NCBI GenBank assembly: GCA_964276515.1
Contig: OZ193909.1
Span: forward strand, 6,138,001 to 6,202,000
Reading direction: 5' to 3'
Length of the DNA: 64,000 bases
Origin: Gordius albopunctatus
Lineage: Eukaryota
The position numbers and the translations under genes were made by a program. Below the pieces are notes generated by a model. It ran no database searches. It was not told where the DNA came from and saw nothing but the letters and a program-made list of their open reading frames with translations. Positions 1 through 19,158 of the stretch are shown here, piece after piece. Numbering within the stretch: position 1 is the stretch's first letter; each line of letters starts with the position of its first letter.

Positions 1-5100
<5,100 letters not shown>

Positions 5101-5728
5101 CTTTTAATGTAATTAATATATTAGTAAAACAAAGCTAAGATTTTAAATTTAACGCCAAGTTGCAACGGCATCATAAGGACATTTGATCAATGACAAAATT
5201 CAACTGATCGTAATTTATTGTTAAATTTAAATAGCCTAGAAATATTAAAATAACTTTAAGGCTACAATATAAATTATTAAAATATCAAGCTATTTTAAAT
5301 TTGGAATACCTAAGCTTCCATGAAACTAAGACTGTAAAATTTTTAATTATAACATTTATGATTTCTTAATAAACTTGGTATTTAAAGTTCTGGTAAGAAT
5401 GTCATCATATAGTTTAGCGTCTATGTAATAGCCATTTAACAAAACTTATGTCTAATTTGTAATCTATCCATGTACTTCTTAAGAAATTATCTTCTCGTTA
5501 AGATAGGTAACTATACAAAAGCTATAAACCTTATAATAATAAAAAGTGTTTGATCATAACTACTATAAAAGTTGATTGGTTTCAGTGTCAGATTATAAAT
5601 TTTGTTAAATTTCTATTTTATTTACCGATAACATACACTGGTATGCATTTTGGAAAAAAGCTAGTTATCAATATAACTTTTGTATAGAATATTCATTTAT
5701 AATGCTTTTTCATACTTATAAATGTTTG

Positions 5729-5885
5729 CATGGCCTAGCCAGAATTGGAATTGGACGCATTTAGGGAGGGGAAAAATGATCATTTTTTTAAATTTTAGGC
5801 TTATTTTTAATAAATTTTAACAATTTTTTGGATTTAGAGTGGGTTTGCCGCCCCTCGGTCCCCCCCCCCCTTGGCTTCGCCCATG
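5729..5885. mobile_element. hAT-type mini-MITE (CATGGGCGTAGCC family)
   Basis: Termini catggcctagcc...ggcttcgcccatg; perfect 8-bp TSD aatgtttg (5721-5728 and 5886-5893). Confidence 0.85.
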
Positions 5886-6258
5886 AATGTTTGGATAAAA
5901 TTTTGACAGGAATGCATATATCCTCATTATTATCGCCATTATTAACAATCAATTTTTAAAAAACCAATGTCAAATTTTCAAATGTATTAAGAAATATTTT
6001 TAAAATTTTTAAACGCGCATTATTAGCTATAATAAGGTAATGAAAATTATAGCTTAATATGTATAAGAGGCAATAAGAGACAAAAATTACATCATAAAAT
6101 TTGTTATTATTAAATATATAACAAGGCAATGTTGAATATGATTATATATCTTATTCTTTGGATTAGCTATTATCGCACTCAACGTACCTTTCACGCACCT
6201 TCATTTTTCAACAATTTATATCTATTATCCCAAAAATTAATTCCTATTCATTGGAAAA

Positions 6259-7790
6259 ATGGTAAGACCTCATAGGAATGCACCTACAGGTACACCGAGG
6301 AACCCGGCCACCTCAGAACCCGCCATACAGGACAATGACGGGGCAGAATCCAGCGACAACGACTCGCCCACCCCGTCAGGACATGATGAACCAGTGGATA
6401 TGTCCGAAATCCTGCGGGTTATCACAAGCCAAAACAGAAGGGCTCAAGCCCAGTTTGCGCAATCACAACAAACTATTTCACAGCTGATCCAGCAGCTAAA
6501 CGTCCAAAGAGCCGCCCCGCAACCGGCGATAAACATCGTACAGCCCGAAGTGGCTCCAAAAACTGCGGGGGAAAAACTGGCGGATCTAGAAGACAAGGTC
6601 AACAAGTTGAAAGAACTCATGGCGAATTTCCCCACCAAAGTGTCACAGAGGGATCGAAAGGAAGCCCAATATATCTTCCTAGTTTCGGACACACTATCTG
6701 AAGAATCCCCGGACGCACTCCTTAGGGAAACAGCCGCCCGCCTTACCACCCTAGCAACGGCGATTAACTTCAACTGGGCAACGGCGATACGCAACGATAA
6801 ATCATTCGCGGAGGATTGGAACATTCCAAACCAAGAAGTCGTCCAACCCAGACGACAGTTATTTCCTAGCGCTGTTAAAGGCAGAAGCTTCACAAAGGGC
6901 CGCAACGTCAAAAAGGCGCCGGCCTCTGCCAGGGGTAAGGCGCAGGCTTAAGACCTTGGCTGGATCATGGGAAGTCGGGCCGTCAGGCTTACCGCTTCCC
7001 GATGGGGCAAATACATCCAAGTCTCCTAGGTGGCTCGCACAACTTATTTTCCAAATCCGGGAGACGCGCCGTTGGATTTTTTCCCCATCAGAACTCCCGT
7101 CTGGGGCGACGAGAGCGATCCAGTTGCCTGACTCAAATTATTCGGATATATTTATTCCAGCCCCAAACTTCGAGCACCGCATATCACAAGTGGAGACCGC
7201 CTTCGGCCGGGATTTGGGATCGGAAACCTTTCCCATCTTCAGCCTCCACAAGTCCCTATTCATGTGGAACAAGGAGCCATCGCGAACCCCTCCTACAGGG
7301 CCGCTAGACATCGCTACCTCCTAACTTATTCCGCATCACCTACAATCCCCTTTTACAAGGAGAATCGCCCGAAAAGGCTTCATGCCAAAATTGGACATGG
7401 AGAAAATCCGGGCCCACGGAGGATTATTCCTTACATCCCGTCGAAAGGCTATTTCCAGGGGAAAGCCAGAGCATTTCCAAACGATGATGGAAACACAGAC
7501 GGTGGAAAGAACCGACAAGAACATAACAAAATCGGCCACCTTTTTCATCCCCAAAACAAATGGGGACGCTAGGGTCATCACAGACTTATCTGAAGTCTCC
7601 AAAAACTTCATCCATTACCCAGTGAGATTAGCATCCATTCCGCTAACATCGAGACAGCTGAGCAAAGCCTCATTCGCGGCAAAAATAGACCTCAAAGCCG
7701 CTTTCTTTAGTATCCCACTCAACGTCTCAGCACGAAAATATGCGGCCTACACCTTCGAAGGGCTCAAATATCGATACAAAGAAATTATCA
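6259..7790 (+). mobile_element. Truncated DIRS-like retrotransposon: gag-like ORF 6259-6951 and frameshifted RT fragment about 7000-7790
   Basis: GC-richer island. RT motifs FFIPKTNGDARVITDL and AAKIDLKAAFFSIPL...RKYAAYTFEG resemble DIRS-type RT; no protease seen between gag and RT; RT stops before YxDD. Confidence 0.7.
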
Positions 7791-8198
7791 TAATTTTTTA
7801 TATTTAAATTTAAAGAACTAGAACTAGCCTTATTGGATTACTATTCAACACGATGATAACTAAAGGTACAAATATTTAGAAGTAATTTAATCAAAGTGTA
7901 AAAGTATATAGTGCCTTTAAAAAAACTTTTTGGTGCGCTACTTGAATTCAATAATTATAAAATAATTAAAAAAGATTAATAAAATTATTTAATTATTAAT
8001 CATAACAAATTGCCAAACTATATCTTACCCGTTCTAAAATATGAATGAAGTCAAATATTAGATTATATTATATTTTCTATATAGAATGACATGTAAAACG
8101 TTCCATGCTAGATTGTGATAATAAATTCGTAGCTGCGAGTTAAATGTACTTACATTTATTATTTTGATGAATATAAAATCCATGGCTTATGGATAACC

Positions 8199-11100
8199 AT
8201 GAAGAATTATATTATTTTGGTTTTGAGTCTTACCAGCCTATTTAATGCCCAACAACGATCCCTTCTAGAAAACCAAAATCAGGTATTATATAAAATTTGA
8301 ACTCTATTATTATAACTTTAACGATTTTATATAATGAAACTATATATATGTAATTATCCATAAAAACGTAAAATTGCAAAAGATTCTGTGATTTATAAAA
8401 ACCCAATTTTACTTATTTTGCAGCAATAGATTATGGTTCCGCTTGCATTTTAAAAAATAAAATACATAAAAGATTGCGTATGCTATTAAAGACTTATTTA
8501 AATTTTTGTATAAATGGATTCTGTGTACAAAAACTGCTTATTAGTTGTCTCCATGTCCGACTCGGCCCATGCCTGACCTAATGAGACCCGACCCCTCAGC
8601 CGTACAAGATTTGTAACATTGTACCAGGCGGGTGGGATTGGGCACATACTTTTTTATGGCGCCTAGGCAAAATTACTTTTAAAAAAACCACTTCACGTTC
8701 ATCTCCTTTAACCTACTTTTATTTTATGATATTTTTTGGTGGAATTTATATAAATTAATTAAATTGCTAATGCGAAAATTCCGAATTTCAACCCAGCACT
8801 TAATGAATTTTAAAACCTTGCACTGATGGCACAATATATAGCAAAACGTGAATAATTTTATCTCTCATGTGGTTTCGTACTTGTATATCGCTTGGTATTA
8901 TATTTATTAAATATTTTAATAATTTAGTGTAAAGGTGAATTATATATTTATTGTAAAACTTAAAAGAACTTAAGTTAAAGGTTGGCCGTAAAAATATTAC
9001 GATTAATTTTAACATCGGGCGGGCCGAGTCTGCAAAAGGTAATAAAAAAGGCGGATCGGGTTGGGCAAAATAAATAAGGGAAGGGTTGGGTTTGGGCATA
9101 AAAATTGCTTATTAGCACACATTTGATGCTTATATCCATTCAAATTAACGATAACAATGGTTGATTGAATTACCAATATTTTTTTATTGCGTTTATAGAC
9201 CTTTCCTAAAATTATTATAGTGGTTACATGATACTAAAATCGAAAAGAAAGTTTTTGTAATTTACTATTGTGTATACAAAGATAAAATAAATAAAAAAGA
9301 TTACATCTATTTTTATCAAAGGGCCATCAAGGGTTCGGCTCGCATTGATATGCGAAAATTATCATGATCGGGCTGGTCCATGGGCTAGTCCGGCTGGATA
9401 GCCAACTGATTTTCTCGTTTTTAAAAATACATTATAAACATTTTTATTTAAAAAAATGAAACAACTTTGATAACAAAAAATGTTTCAAAAGATCTATTAA
9501 ATTTTGATATTAAAAATGTGTACTTAAAAAATAAGCGATTAAAATGTTGCAAGAAAATCTTTTAATTTGTCCAAAATATTTAAGTCTTTTCCCTAAAATG
9601 ACAATTAATTTTATTACATATTTATATTATCTAAATTTTAAATTAAAAATTTGCCAAACATTACGATTTAAAAAATGGCGGGCCCGGCTAGGGCTCCTGT
9701 TGGGCTTAAATAAATATTTTTCTTGAACTCGGATAAAATAATTAAAAACATCAGGCGAGAGTCAAGATTAGGCCAATAATTTGGCAAGACCCTAACGTTT
9801 GCTAATGTTTATTTTTATTTATCTATATATACAACGTCAACATAGACTTGTCGCATTAATTACTTTCGAGTTGAATAGATAAAACAACTGAAAATGATCA
9901 TTTCAAAGATTTCACCTGATTATTATTTAGGAAACAATATGGTTTTAAAATTTTTGTTCCGAAAGCAAATGCACGACAAACACTTCCAATCAATTTAGAC
10001 TTCATTCTAGATAGAAAACTGCAAAGTCATTTTTTTCAACCCGAACCCGACCCCACTCGAAATATTTTCTCATTTTTCAACCCGGGCCGATCCAAAAGCA
10101 TTTTAAATTTTTCAACCCGAACTCGACCCGGCCCGACCCATAGAATTTTGATGAATAAGTATTTCTGGATAAATTTTAGAAAGGATGGAGTATAAACTTT
10201 AAGTTTTCAATTCGCTTCTCTTACATTTCCTTGTAATATCCTTAAAAATGGCGAAACTTTTTGAATATGGCTTGTCAAAATTATGAGTTATATATGTACA
10301 TACTTTTTATATTTGTTTTATATATATCCTGTATTTATTTATTATTTTACATCTAAAATTTAAACTATTTGTAAACCCAAATTATTAAACCTGCCCCCCC
10401 CCCCTAAAAGCCATCGTTATCTGCCACGTAATATAATCCTGCAACTCAACCCTACCTCTAACATAGCTAAAAGCCGCAAATTTTACCTCCAACCTACCTA
10501 AATTTTGCACAATTAAAAACGAATTGGGAATGATTTCAAACTCCGTTATATCTTCATTATGTTTATAATTATTTTATTTTAATTAATATGAATTTAAAAG
10601 GGCCGAGATACGGAAATAATATTGGATTTGGTTAAAGAAAAAGGTGTCCTTTACATTGTTAACGATTATCAAAATCATTTGGCCTGCTTGATCAACAAAA
10701 TTTACAGAAGAGAAAACTCAACGAAAGAAATTCAAAATTTATTATCTAACTCATCCACCTCAGCAAATAAATCGATGCTCAATTACATCGTCAAACTCAA
10801 TGACCAACTCAAGGGTGATCAAATTGTATTTCATTATTTTTATTAATTTACATAAATATTTATTTTATTTATATTTGTGATAGGCAACTTAACCATATAT
10901 CATAAGGACATAGACAAGTTAATAGATGATTTTATCGAAATTCGAAATCACCTAAAAAATCATAAAAATAAAAATATGGGCAAGATTAGTGTATTTACCG
11001 ATGCGGATAATATATTAAAAATATTGGAAGCGGTGGAAAAACATTTAGACCTTTTGAAAATCAATAAATTATCCGAAAACAATGATACGCTAGAAAAAAC

Positions 11101-13063
11101 TTCCATTTTTCAAATATACGATAATATCTTGATGCTAAAAGGCCTTTTGGAAAAAGTAATTGGAGATAGATCCTCATCCGAAATGGCTGAGCAATACAAT
11201 CAATCGGCAAACCAAAGAATATACAAAGGCGTTACACAAATATTTACGCCAGATTTCGCCGTGGGTCCTAAACTCGAGGCAGGAAATACTTTCACTAATG
11301 ACCCTGACATTGATGTCCCCGAGGAAGCTAAATGGCGCATCAGAAATTTAATTGGTGGCTCAAAAGAGCCCGAAAAAAATATGTACCTCTACATGAGGGG
11401 AGTAGGACTCGATAGCAATAATAGCTTACAAAAGCTAAACAGTTTACCTTTTAACTTTCCTATTCACAGTAAGGGTCGTCCATTAAATTTACCGCTTAAT
11501 TTGATGGAATCGATAATATCTCATGATGGAAAAAGTATACACGATATTGAAGCTGGCAACGTTGACGACGCTGCACCATTCCTAAAGTTGCTAGCACAAT
11601 ACGCGACAAAGTTAAGAGAATCAACTCCCTCTACGTTGGCGTTTGAAGAAGCCATGGAAAAGTATAAGTTGGAAGCGGGAAAAAATGCTGTTCAAACGTC
11701 CCCAGTCCCCCAAACACCTTTCAATTTCGCTAATCTACGCCCTGCTACTCCGGGCCCTTTGCAAGGAGGTGATGACTTTGCAGCCATACTAGCTCAATAT
11801 ACAAAGCCCAAACGTGCCACTCAAACTACTTTACCCTTTGATTTAGCCCTAGCAAAACTGCAAGCATCCATCCCTAACACCGAAGCCGCTAGGCCTTATA
11901 CGCCTTTCGATTTCGCTTCTCTACGCCGTGCTACTCCAGCACCACTACAAGGTGGTGAAGACTTTGCGGCTATACTAGCTCAATTTACCAAACCCAAACG
12001 TGTTACTCAAACTACGCTAGCCTTTGAGGCAGCGCTTGCCCAACTCCTATCATCCACTACCCAAGGCATCGTAGCTGCTAAACCATATACACCTTTCAAT
12101 TTTGACGCTCTCAAGGGAAAGCCCTCGGCACTATTGGGTCCCCCTGACATCTCTAATCCTCAAACTGTTATCAAACATTTTGACGATGTGCACGTGGATG
12201 CATACTTTGGAAGTCCAATTACTACAATTGCCAAGGACAATGCCATTCCCGTCAGACATTACGCAGTTCGACCCGAAAGTTACAACCCGGAAGTTAGTAT
12301 TATATTGGACACTCAAAAGTTCCAGGCCTCTACTCAACCTATAACCACCTTAACTCCCTTAAATACGACAAACCTATTAAGCACTCCGATATTTACGAAG
12401 AAAGCTGAAATTTCGACGCCCTCCACAATCATCTCATCTTGTGCCTCATCTACTATCCCCACAAACCTCATTGTAATGGCCACCACCACCTTAGCTCCAA
12501 AAAATCGCGACCCTCAAATCATAGCACCCCCAAAGGGACGAGGTAGCCTCAAATTTTCCAGCTCAAAATGGATGGTCGCTAATCACATGCTACCCGACGA
12601 TAGGATGGGTTGGTCCAATGTAAACAAAGCAGGTCCTAACGAACAAGATTTGGGTTCTCTTTTTGAAGGCGATCGACCAGTTATAAACACACTTGAGCAG
12701 TTGGCTAAAGTATTCCCAACAGAGATGTTGACACGAATTGACCAAAATGTCATATTAGAAAGTGCTGAAATAAAAGAGGTGCGAGATAGGCTCAAGGCTA
12801 CAACTTATCAATTTTCTAATTATCGTGCACCCACGTTGGGCAGTGGTATTAGTTGGAAAGAAATCAAGGATTGGATTACTACCTTAACTACTCCTTCCAC
12901 TTACGCAACAGATCCCCTTTATAATACACGTTTAAGTCCCCTTCCTGCTAATGATTTAAACTGGGGTGCTGCTAAGCTTTTTGAGAAAAAAGGCCTCCTC
13001 AAAGGGATAAACCAAGATTTTTTAAATAGAATGTTTTGGCTTCACCGTCTAAAGAATCGTTGA
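8199..13063 (+). CDS. Orphan, probably secreted Thr/Ser/Pro-rich protein of about 851 aa. Proposed exons 8199-8282, 10467-10544, 10601-10814, 10884-13063
   Basis: 2.2-kb open final exon; phase-compatible GT-AG junctions; first exon MKNYIILVLSLTSLFNA looks like a signal peptide; AATAAA near 13224. The two upstream exons are less certain than the last two. Confidence 0.65.
11625..12115 (+). repeat. Coding tandem repeat, about 2.5 copies of a 62-63 aa unit
   Basis: TPF(N/D)F motifs start at 11714, 11900 and 12089 (186 and 189 nt apart); unit includes PLQGG(D/E)DFAAILAQ(Y/F)TKPKR.TQTTL. Confidence 0.9.
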
Positions 13064-14061
13064 TGCAATGCTTTAATTACCCAATATTAAATTAGCCCGT
13101 CAATCGTCTTTTAAACGAATATGGTTTTGTATCGTCAACAAATGAATGTTAATATTGTGTTTTATTCTATAATAGAAGAAGTCGATTAGTTGTTATGTTT
13201 GTAATAGATCATGTAGAACAAGTAATAAATAAATTTTCAAAAATTACATTTATCTCTTACTTGCAAGCTAAAACATGTTAGTTTGACATAGGAGATTAAA
13301 AAACTAAGTTTATAATAGCAAAATATGGATCAGCTCAAAATAGATCATCCCATACTAAGCTTATTAAACAATAATAAAAATAAAATAAAAAGCGACCTTC
13401 AAGTAAATTTTGTTTTCGCACACTACTTTTTATGAAATTACCTTAAACAATGCCTAAGAAAGTAATGCAATATTTAAAGTATATGAAAATTTATCATAAA
13501 ACATATATAAAAAACATTGATTCCAATCAATAAATTAAAATATTAATAATAAAATTTTTATGATTTAAGGTTATCAAAAATAAAAGCTTCAATCAGTCGT
13601 GTTTGAATTTTAAATTCGACCATGCTTATTAGTTTGGCAATAAAAGTTTAATCAGGGGGGAGGGGCAAAACCTAATATTTTTTTAATTTTTAAGGGTTTT
13701 TGCATTGGGGAAATTTTTTTTCGTCATTTACCACCCCCCCCCCCCCCTGTCTACGCTCATGAAGCTCGATGAATTTTAGGGTAAGAAATAACGGACTCTA
13801 AAATTTAAGCGTGTTAACGGGTTAAAAGGAGTTCAAAGGGGCCTATTATTTTGTAAAAGGTCCATAAGTCATCTAAAACAAATGGGCCTATTTTATTTAC
13901 TTCTATTATCTAGAAGTAATCTAAGTAGACATATCTCTTATGTGAAACAAACATTTCATAATGTAAAATAAAAAACTATTATTAATCAATGGATATAGTG
14001 AAGTATTATTATTAAAACTCGAAGGTAAATTGGGTGAATAAATAGCTCAGGTGATCTGTAT

Positions 14062-15111
14062 TAGAGATCTGCACGGGCAGGCCCGCGTACGGATGGGCTT
14101 TGTATCATAAAAATTTCAACAGACCGGGCTCGGACGGGCTTAACAATTAATGGGACGGACTCGGTCGGACCTGAGGTTTTTTTAACGGGCTTGAACGGGC
14201 CTGTCGTTTTATAAACGGATTAGAACGGACCAGAGATTATATAAACGATAAAATTGCAAAGGTCTTTAAAAGTCAGAAAATTATATAAATATATGATTTT
14301 TATTAATTATATAGATTATAAATTTTCCTATTTTTTTACACTCTAATTTTTTTATATCCTGTAGCATTCATTCCTTTTTCAAGCGCTTATTTTAACTTTA
14401 AAACATTTTTATTCTATTTGCTATTGTTTTCATTTCATAATTTAAGATTATAGCTTCGTATATTCTTTTATAAGTTAAGTTGAATTACTTAGTTACAATG
14501 CACCAAAATTTTTGTGTTTAATTTTATCACAAATTTTACTGGTATTATTATTAGGGCCATATAATTTAATAAATATTTTCTTCCTATCTAATATAAAAAT
14601 TAGGTGTATTAACTGATATAAATTAATAAAATCAATGTAAACTTCTTATTTAAAGTTAAATACTCTCATGTAATTTTATTAATGTTTTTTAATTTAATGG
14701 TAATATTGAATTCTAACTTCTTATGTTTATTAACTTAAATTAATCAAATTAAAGTAAATTGTTGAAAGTGGAATATTCTCATGTAATATTTTAAAGTAAT
14801 TTAATGGTAGCACTATATTGATATATTTAGGGATATTAAATGCAGAAATAATTGAAGATTTATTATTTTCACATGATAATTATTGATGTTTTTTATGAAT
14901 ATGTCAACATATAAAATAAAATTTTGTGAAATTTTTGATGGGGCCGGGCGCGTGGTTTTATAAAAAAATTTGAGCCGGTTTTGGCAGGCCTGTTACCAAA
15001 CGGGTACGAACGGGTCTGAAAAATTTATGGACGGGCCCGGACGGGCCTTGATGTTTTTTAAACGGGTCCAGGCCGGCCGACCTTCTAAAAACGGCCCGTT
15101 GCAGATCTCTA
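14062..15111. mobile_element. Non-autonomous hAT element (1050 bp)
   Basis: TIRs TAGAGATCTGCA(A)CGGGC; perfect 8-bp TSD atctgtat; subterminal acgggc repeats; very AT-rich core. Confidence 0.92.
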
Positions 15112-15326
15112 ATCTGTATCTAATCTCTTACACAACACCGGTGCTCTCTCGCAAAAAGTCGAGGAACAGGAGGCCAATAGGGGGATAAAAAGTTTACAGG
15201 AACCAATATCTCATTATTTAAATAATTATTAACCTTGCCATAAATGATGTGTCATAGTTGCTATATTAAGGGGCAAAATATTTATTTTACCGAGTGTACA
15301 ACCTACCGATTTGTAGTACCTCTACA

Positions 15327-15473
15327 GATGGGCGTAGCCAGCCTCCTAAACCCAAAATTCTGTTAAAATTTATTTAAAAAAAAAACTCTGGATAAAATTT
15401 CAAAAAATGATCCTTTTGCCCCTCCCTGAATCATTATTTCCCGCCTCTAATTCCAATGCTGGCTACCCCCATG
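15327..15473. mobile_element. hAT mini-MITE, same family as 5729-5885 in reverse orientation; another copy at about 16867-17035
   Basis: gatgggcgtagcc...ggctacccccatg with TSD cctctaca/cctctacg. Confidence 0.75.
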
Positions 15474-16405
15474 CCTCTACGTGAACGATTGCGACTACAC
15501 ATTTAGTGTAGATCAAGAGTCCTCGCTTAACCTCAGTATAAGTTAGGGCTTGTCTTAATATCGGATTCAGATTCAAATGGCGCGAATTCATCTTTATCAA
15601 ATATTCGATTCAATTTCATATGTCAGACTCGGTTTTAATTATTAATATTTTGTTTTTTCATAGTTAAATCCGTTTTTTTTTCTTTCAACTCTTGAGATTT
15701 TTTTTAATTTAATATATTTATTATTTGGTATAAAAAAATTTACATACAAGACTAAAAATATTAAAAACGCGCTATAACTAAACGGATGGCATTGATCCGT
15801 GTATGGAAATCGTGTTGGATTTAACGATTTCCATTGTGATCTTTTGCCAATCGCTGTTATATTATGCGTCTGAAATGAAAATCTGCTGTGAATTCCAAGT
15901 TTAGACACGGCTATGTTATTAGGATAATAATAATAATTATTGTCCTAATTTAATAATAAAATTTTAAGATTCTAAAAAATTGTACAAAATTTTTATCATA
16001 CATCGTTATCAAGTTTGTATTATAAAGTTTTGCAAATCATTGATTTTTTTTAAATTTAACTCATATTTAATAAATCAGGAGAAATATTCAATAGGTGTAT
16101 CAATTTAAAAAAAAGTTGAGACAAGTCAAGATCTTTCGTCGGGACGAGATTCGACTCGAGACCGAGACAAAATTGAAACACTAGGTGTAGCCTATATAAA
16201 ATTATTATTTATAACTCTTTAACTTTCTAAAACATACAAAAAAATTTTCAAATAAACTAATACGCACAGCAAAATTAACACGTTCGTTAAAACCCAAATT
16301 CGGCACATACTTTTTACATGATATATAAGCAACAATTCGATACAACGCTATATACAAATATTTATATAAATAGCAGAAATAAATTTAGAGGTATCAACAG
16401 TAGAT

Positions 16406-19158
16406 TTATCTCCCGGTGCCACCGCTCTCTGGATTCATTGCACCGGACAGGAGCACAAACACGAAGAATATAACGATGTAGAGCCAATATTTGGCCAGGA
16501 AGGAATTCTTTTCTCCGTAGGCACTCTTCGTTTTTTCGGCCTTTTCCAATTCAAGCCGTTGGAGCCAGGTTTGAGTGTCGGGCACTGGACCTGACACCAT
16601 TTGTTGCACGAAAGCCCGGATATTTGTGGGCGTGTCTGGCTTGGCTTCTTCATTACGGCTATAAAAGTTTGATTTGAAAGGGAGTTATTGAACGGGCTAT
16701 TTATAAAGTAATTTGTTAAAAAATAAAAAGTAATATAAAGGGAACACTGAAACCTTTGTAAGAGCCAAGTAAATGCCAAGCTACACGAACTGGGATCCGT
16801 CATTCCTCACATATATACGTTATTGACATGATTTATTTAATTTTTAATTGAAACAGGCACATGGGCATGGGCGTAGCCAAGGGTGGGGCAAAAAGGGACG
16901 ACTGCCTCCCTTCAAAACAAAAAATTTGTTGAAATTTATGCAAAATTAGCTGAATAAAATTTCAAAGAATGATCATTCTGCCCATGCCTAAATCATTATT
17001 ACCCCCTTCTAATTTCAAAGCTGGCTAGGTCGATGTAACTAGTTAAATAAATCTAACCCTGCATAAGTGTTTCCATTTTTTTATGGAATATTTGTTTTAT
17101 TTATCCAGGCTACATGGATCACTAATGAAATATTTTAAACACTGGCTTGAGTGTTAGAAACAAATACAAACTTTTTTGATATGAAGATTTATTGCTGATT
17201 TTTTACATGATTGTTTTTTTGAACATTTTTAACATTTACACAATTGTTTGTATATTAAAAAATACAAACGGGCCTCTGTGAAGATAAACAACGACCCGAT
17301 GGTCAAACTTTAGGCGCTTGGGAAAAAGGACTCAGTTTAGCATGGGACTATACATCAGAGACCAGATTTGCCCGGCCGGGCCGAACCTGCCCGCCCGGCC
17401 CACGGGCCGGGCAGCTGTCGTAAATTTTGACTTTTGGGCGGACCCGGGCGGGTACCGTAACAAGATTCGGGCAATTCAGGCTCAATTTTGTTTTTAGAAT
17501 AATGTTTTAAATTGTTTTTTTCTATATTTTGTCACTTTTTAATTTGATTTCATAATATTTGTCAGTTGTAGTTCTCATTCAAAGAAAAAATCAAAAATCA
17601 AGATAAAATTTTTATAAAATATAACGATATTAGTGCTAAAAATTTTAAGACACACCATATCGGGCCGGGCAGTTCTGATAATTTAAGCATTGTCGGGCGG
17701 ACACACAGAAGAGTTCGGGCGGGCAGATTAATCATAAAATCGGGCTGGGCCAGGTTCGGGCAGAAAAATTTTAAATAAATCTGACCTCTACTATACATGT
17801 ACTGACGTATTTGCCCCATATAATCGCAACAAAGATCCCTTGTCTTCAGTCGAGGCTCTGAAAATTTCAAAATACTCAGAAATTAACAATTTACTACTAT
17901 AATATTTGGTCCCATTGCAACAACTACCCTAACAACCTTTGGCCCCCGTGCCTTAAAACTTTTTAAAAAAATAGGGAAACAAATCTTATCACTATCCCAT
18001 GATAATTGCGAATCGTTTTTTATACGACAGAAAATTGGCATAACTATCTGTAAATATAATTCATTAGCCATAGCGGAATGTTTCCCCAATATTTAAAATT
18101 CTTAGTTTTTTTAATTTATTTATCTCACCTTCACAAAACATGTAAACTTTTTTTATGAAAATAATAAATGAATATTAATATTAAAAAATATAAAATTATT
18201 AGTATTTTTAGACAAATTCAGGCTGGGCAAGGATTTTTAAAAATGTGAATTAAGTTTAAACATTAAATTATTCTTCAATGCATTAATATAGTTTATTGCA
18301 TACATTTAATTGCTATGGATAGTTAACTATATATATATATATATACAATTATACTATGGAATGGGTTAACAAGCTAAAAACACCCAATTGTCTTCATAAG
18401 TTTAGGAAACATATTTTATTTATTAAGCTTTTTGACAAAATAATTAAAATAGATGTTATATGCTAATGTAAAGAGGGTTATTAAAATAAAAAAAACTTAA
18501 ATCAATATACAAACTTTAAAAAAAACACCAGTTTATTATGTAGGAATATTAAATTAGATAATTATATGACATTATCAGCTTACATTGGTATAGGGTTGGC
18601 AAGGTCATTTTTTTGATTTTTATGGGCAGGAGTATAAAAATATGGATTTTTGATGTTAGCACCGATTAAATGACCCAATTGATTGAAGGTTAAGCATATG
18701 GAACAAGTCACATTAGAGTGCATCAATAGACAAGATTTAGTCATTGTTTGGACAATTTTAGGATCTGAAATAATTTGATAATTATTTTCTCTTGGATATT
18801 CTGGATTTAAAATCATTAAGTGAAAGAATCCATCATTGAGGCAACTCATTGAAAGATCTGACCAAAACTTGTAATTTAATGATCCAGCGTGTGGAACAAA
18901 TTTTGCAGCTAAATTTACGTTTTCGCCCGGTTTAAATCCACCGACTACAATATCATTTTTAATAGATAGTGTATCTGAAGGCATGATATGACTTGGATTA
19001 TTACTTATTTTATTGACATTTATATCACCTAAAAGCACTAACCCATTTTCAACGTTGTCGATGAAATAATATAAATTGAAAGATGTCTGAGAAGCACTTT
19101 CTTGCGCAACTAGGTAACTTACAAGATAAGTAAGCGTCGCAAGTTTTAAATTAGCCAT
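16406..19158 (-). CDS. EMC10: ER membrane protein complex subunit 10; exons 19158-18584 and 16658-16406
   Basis: N-terminal signal peptide; the phase-2 GT-AG junction is in frame; C-terminus GPVPDTQTWLQRLELEK...SFLAKYWLYIVIFFVFVLLSG matches the EMC10 signature and single TM helix. Confidence 0.9.
17356..17790. mobile_element. hAT MITE in the EMC10 intron
   Basis: Imperfect TIRs CAGAGACCAGATTT/TAGAGGTCAGATTT; perfect 8-bp TSD ctatacat. Confidence 0.85.
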
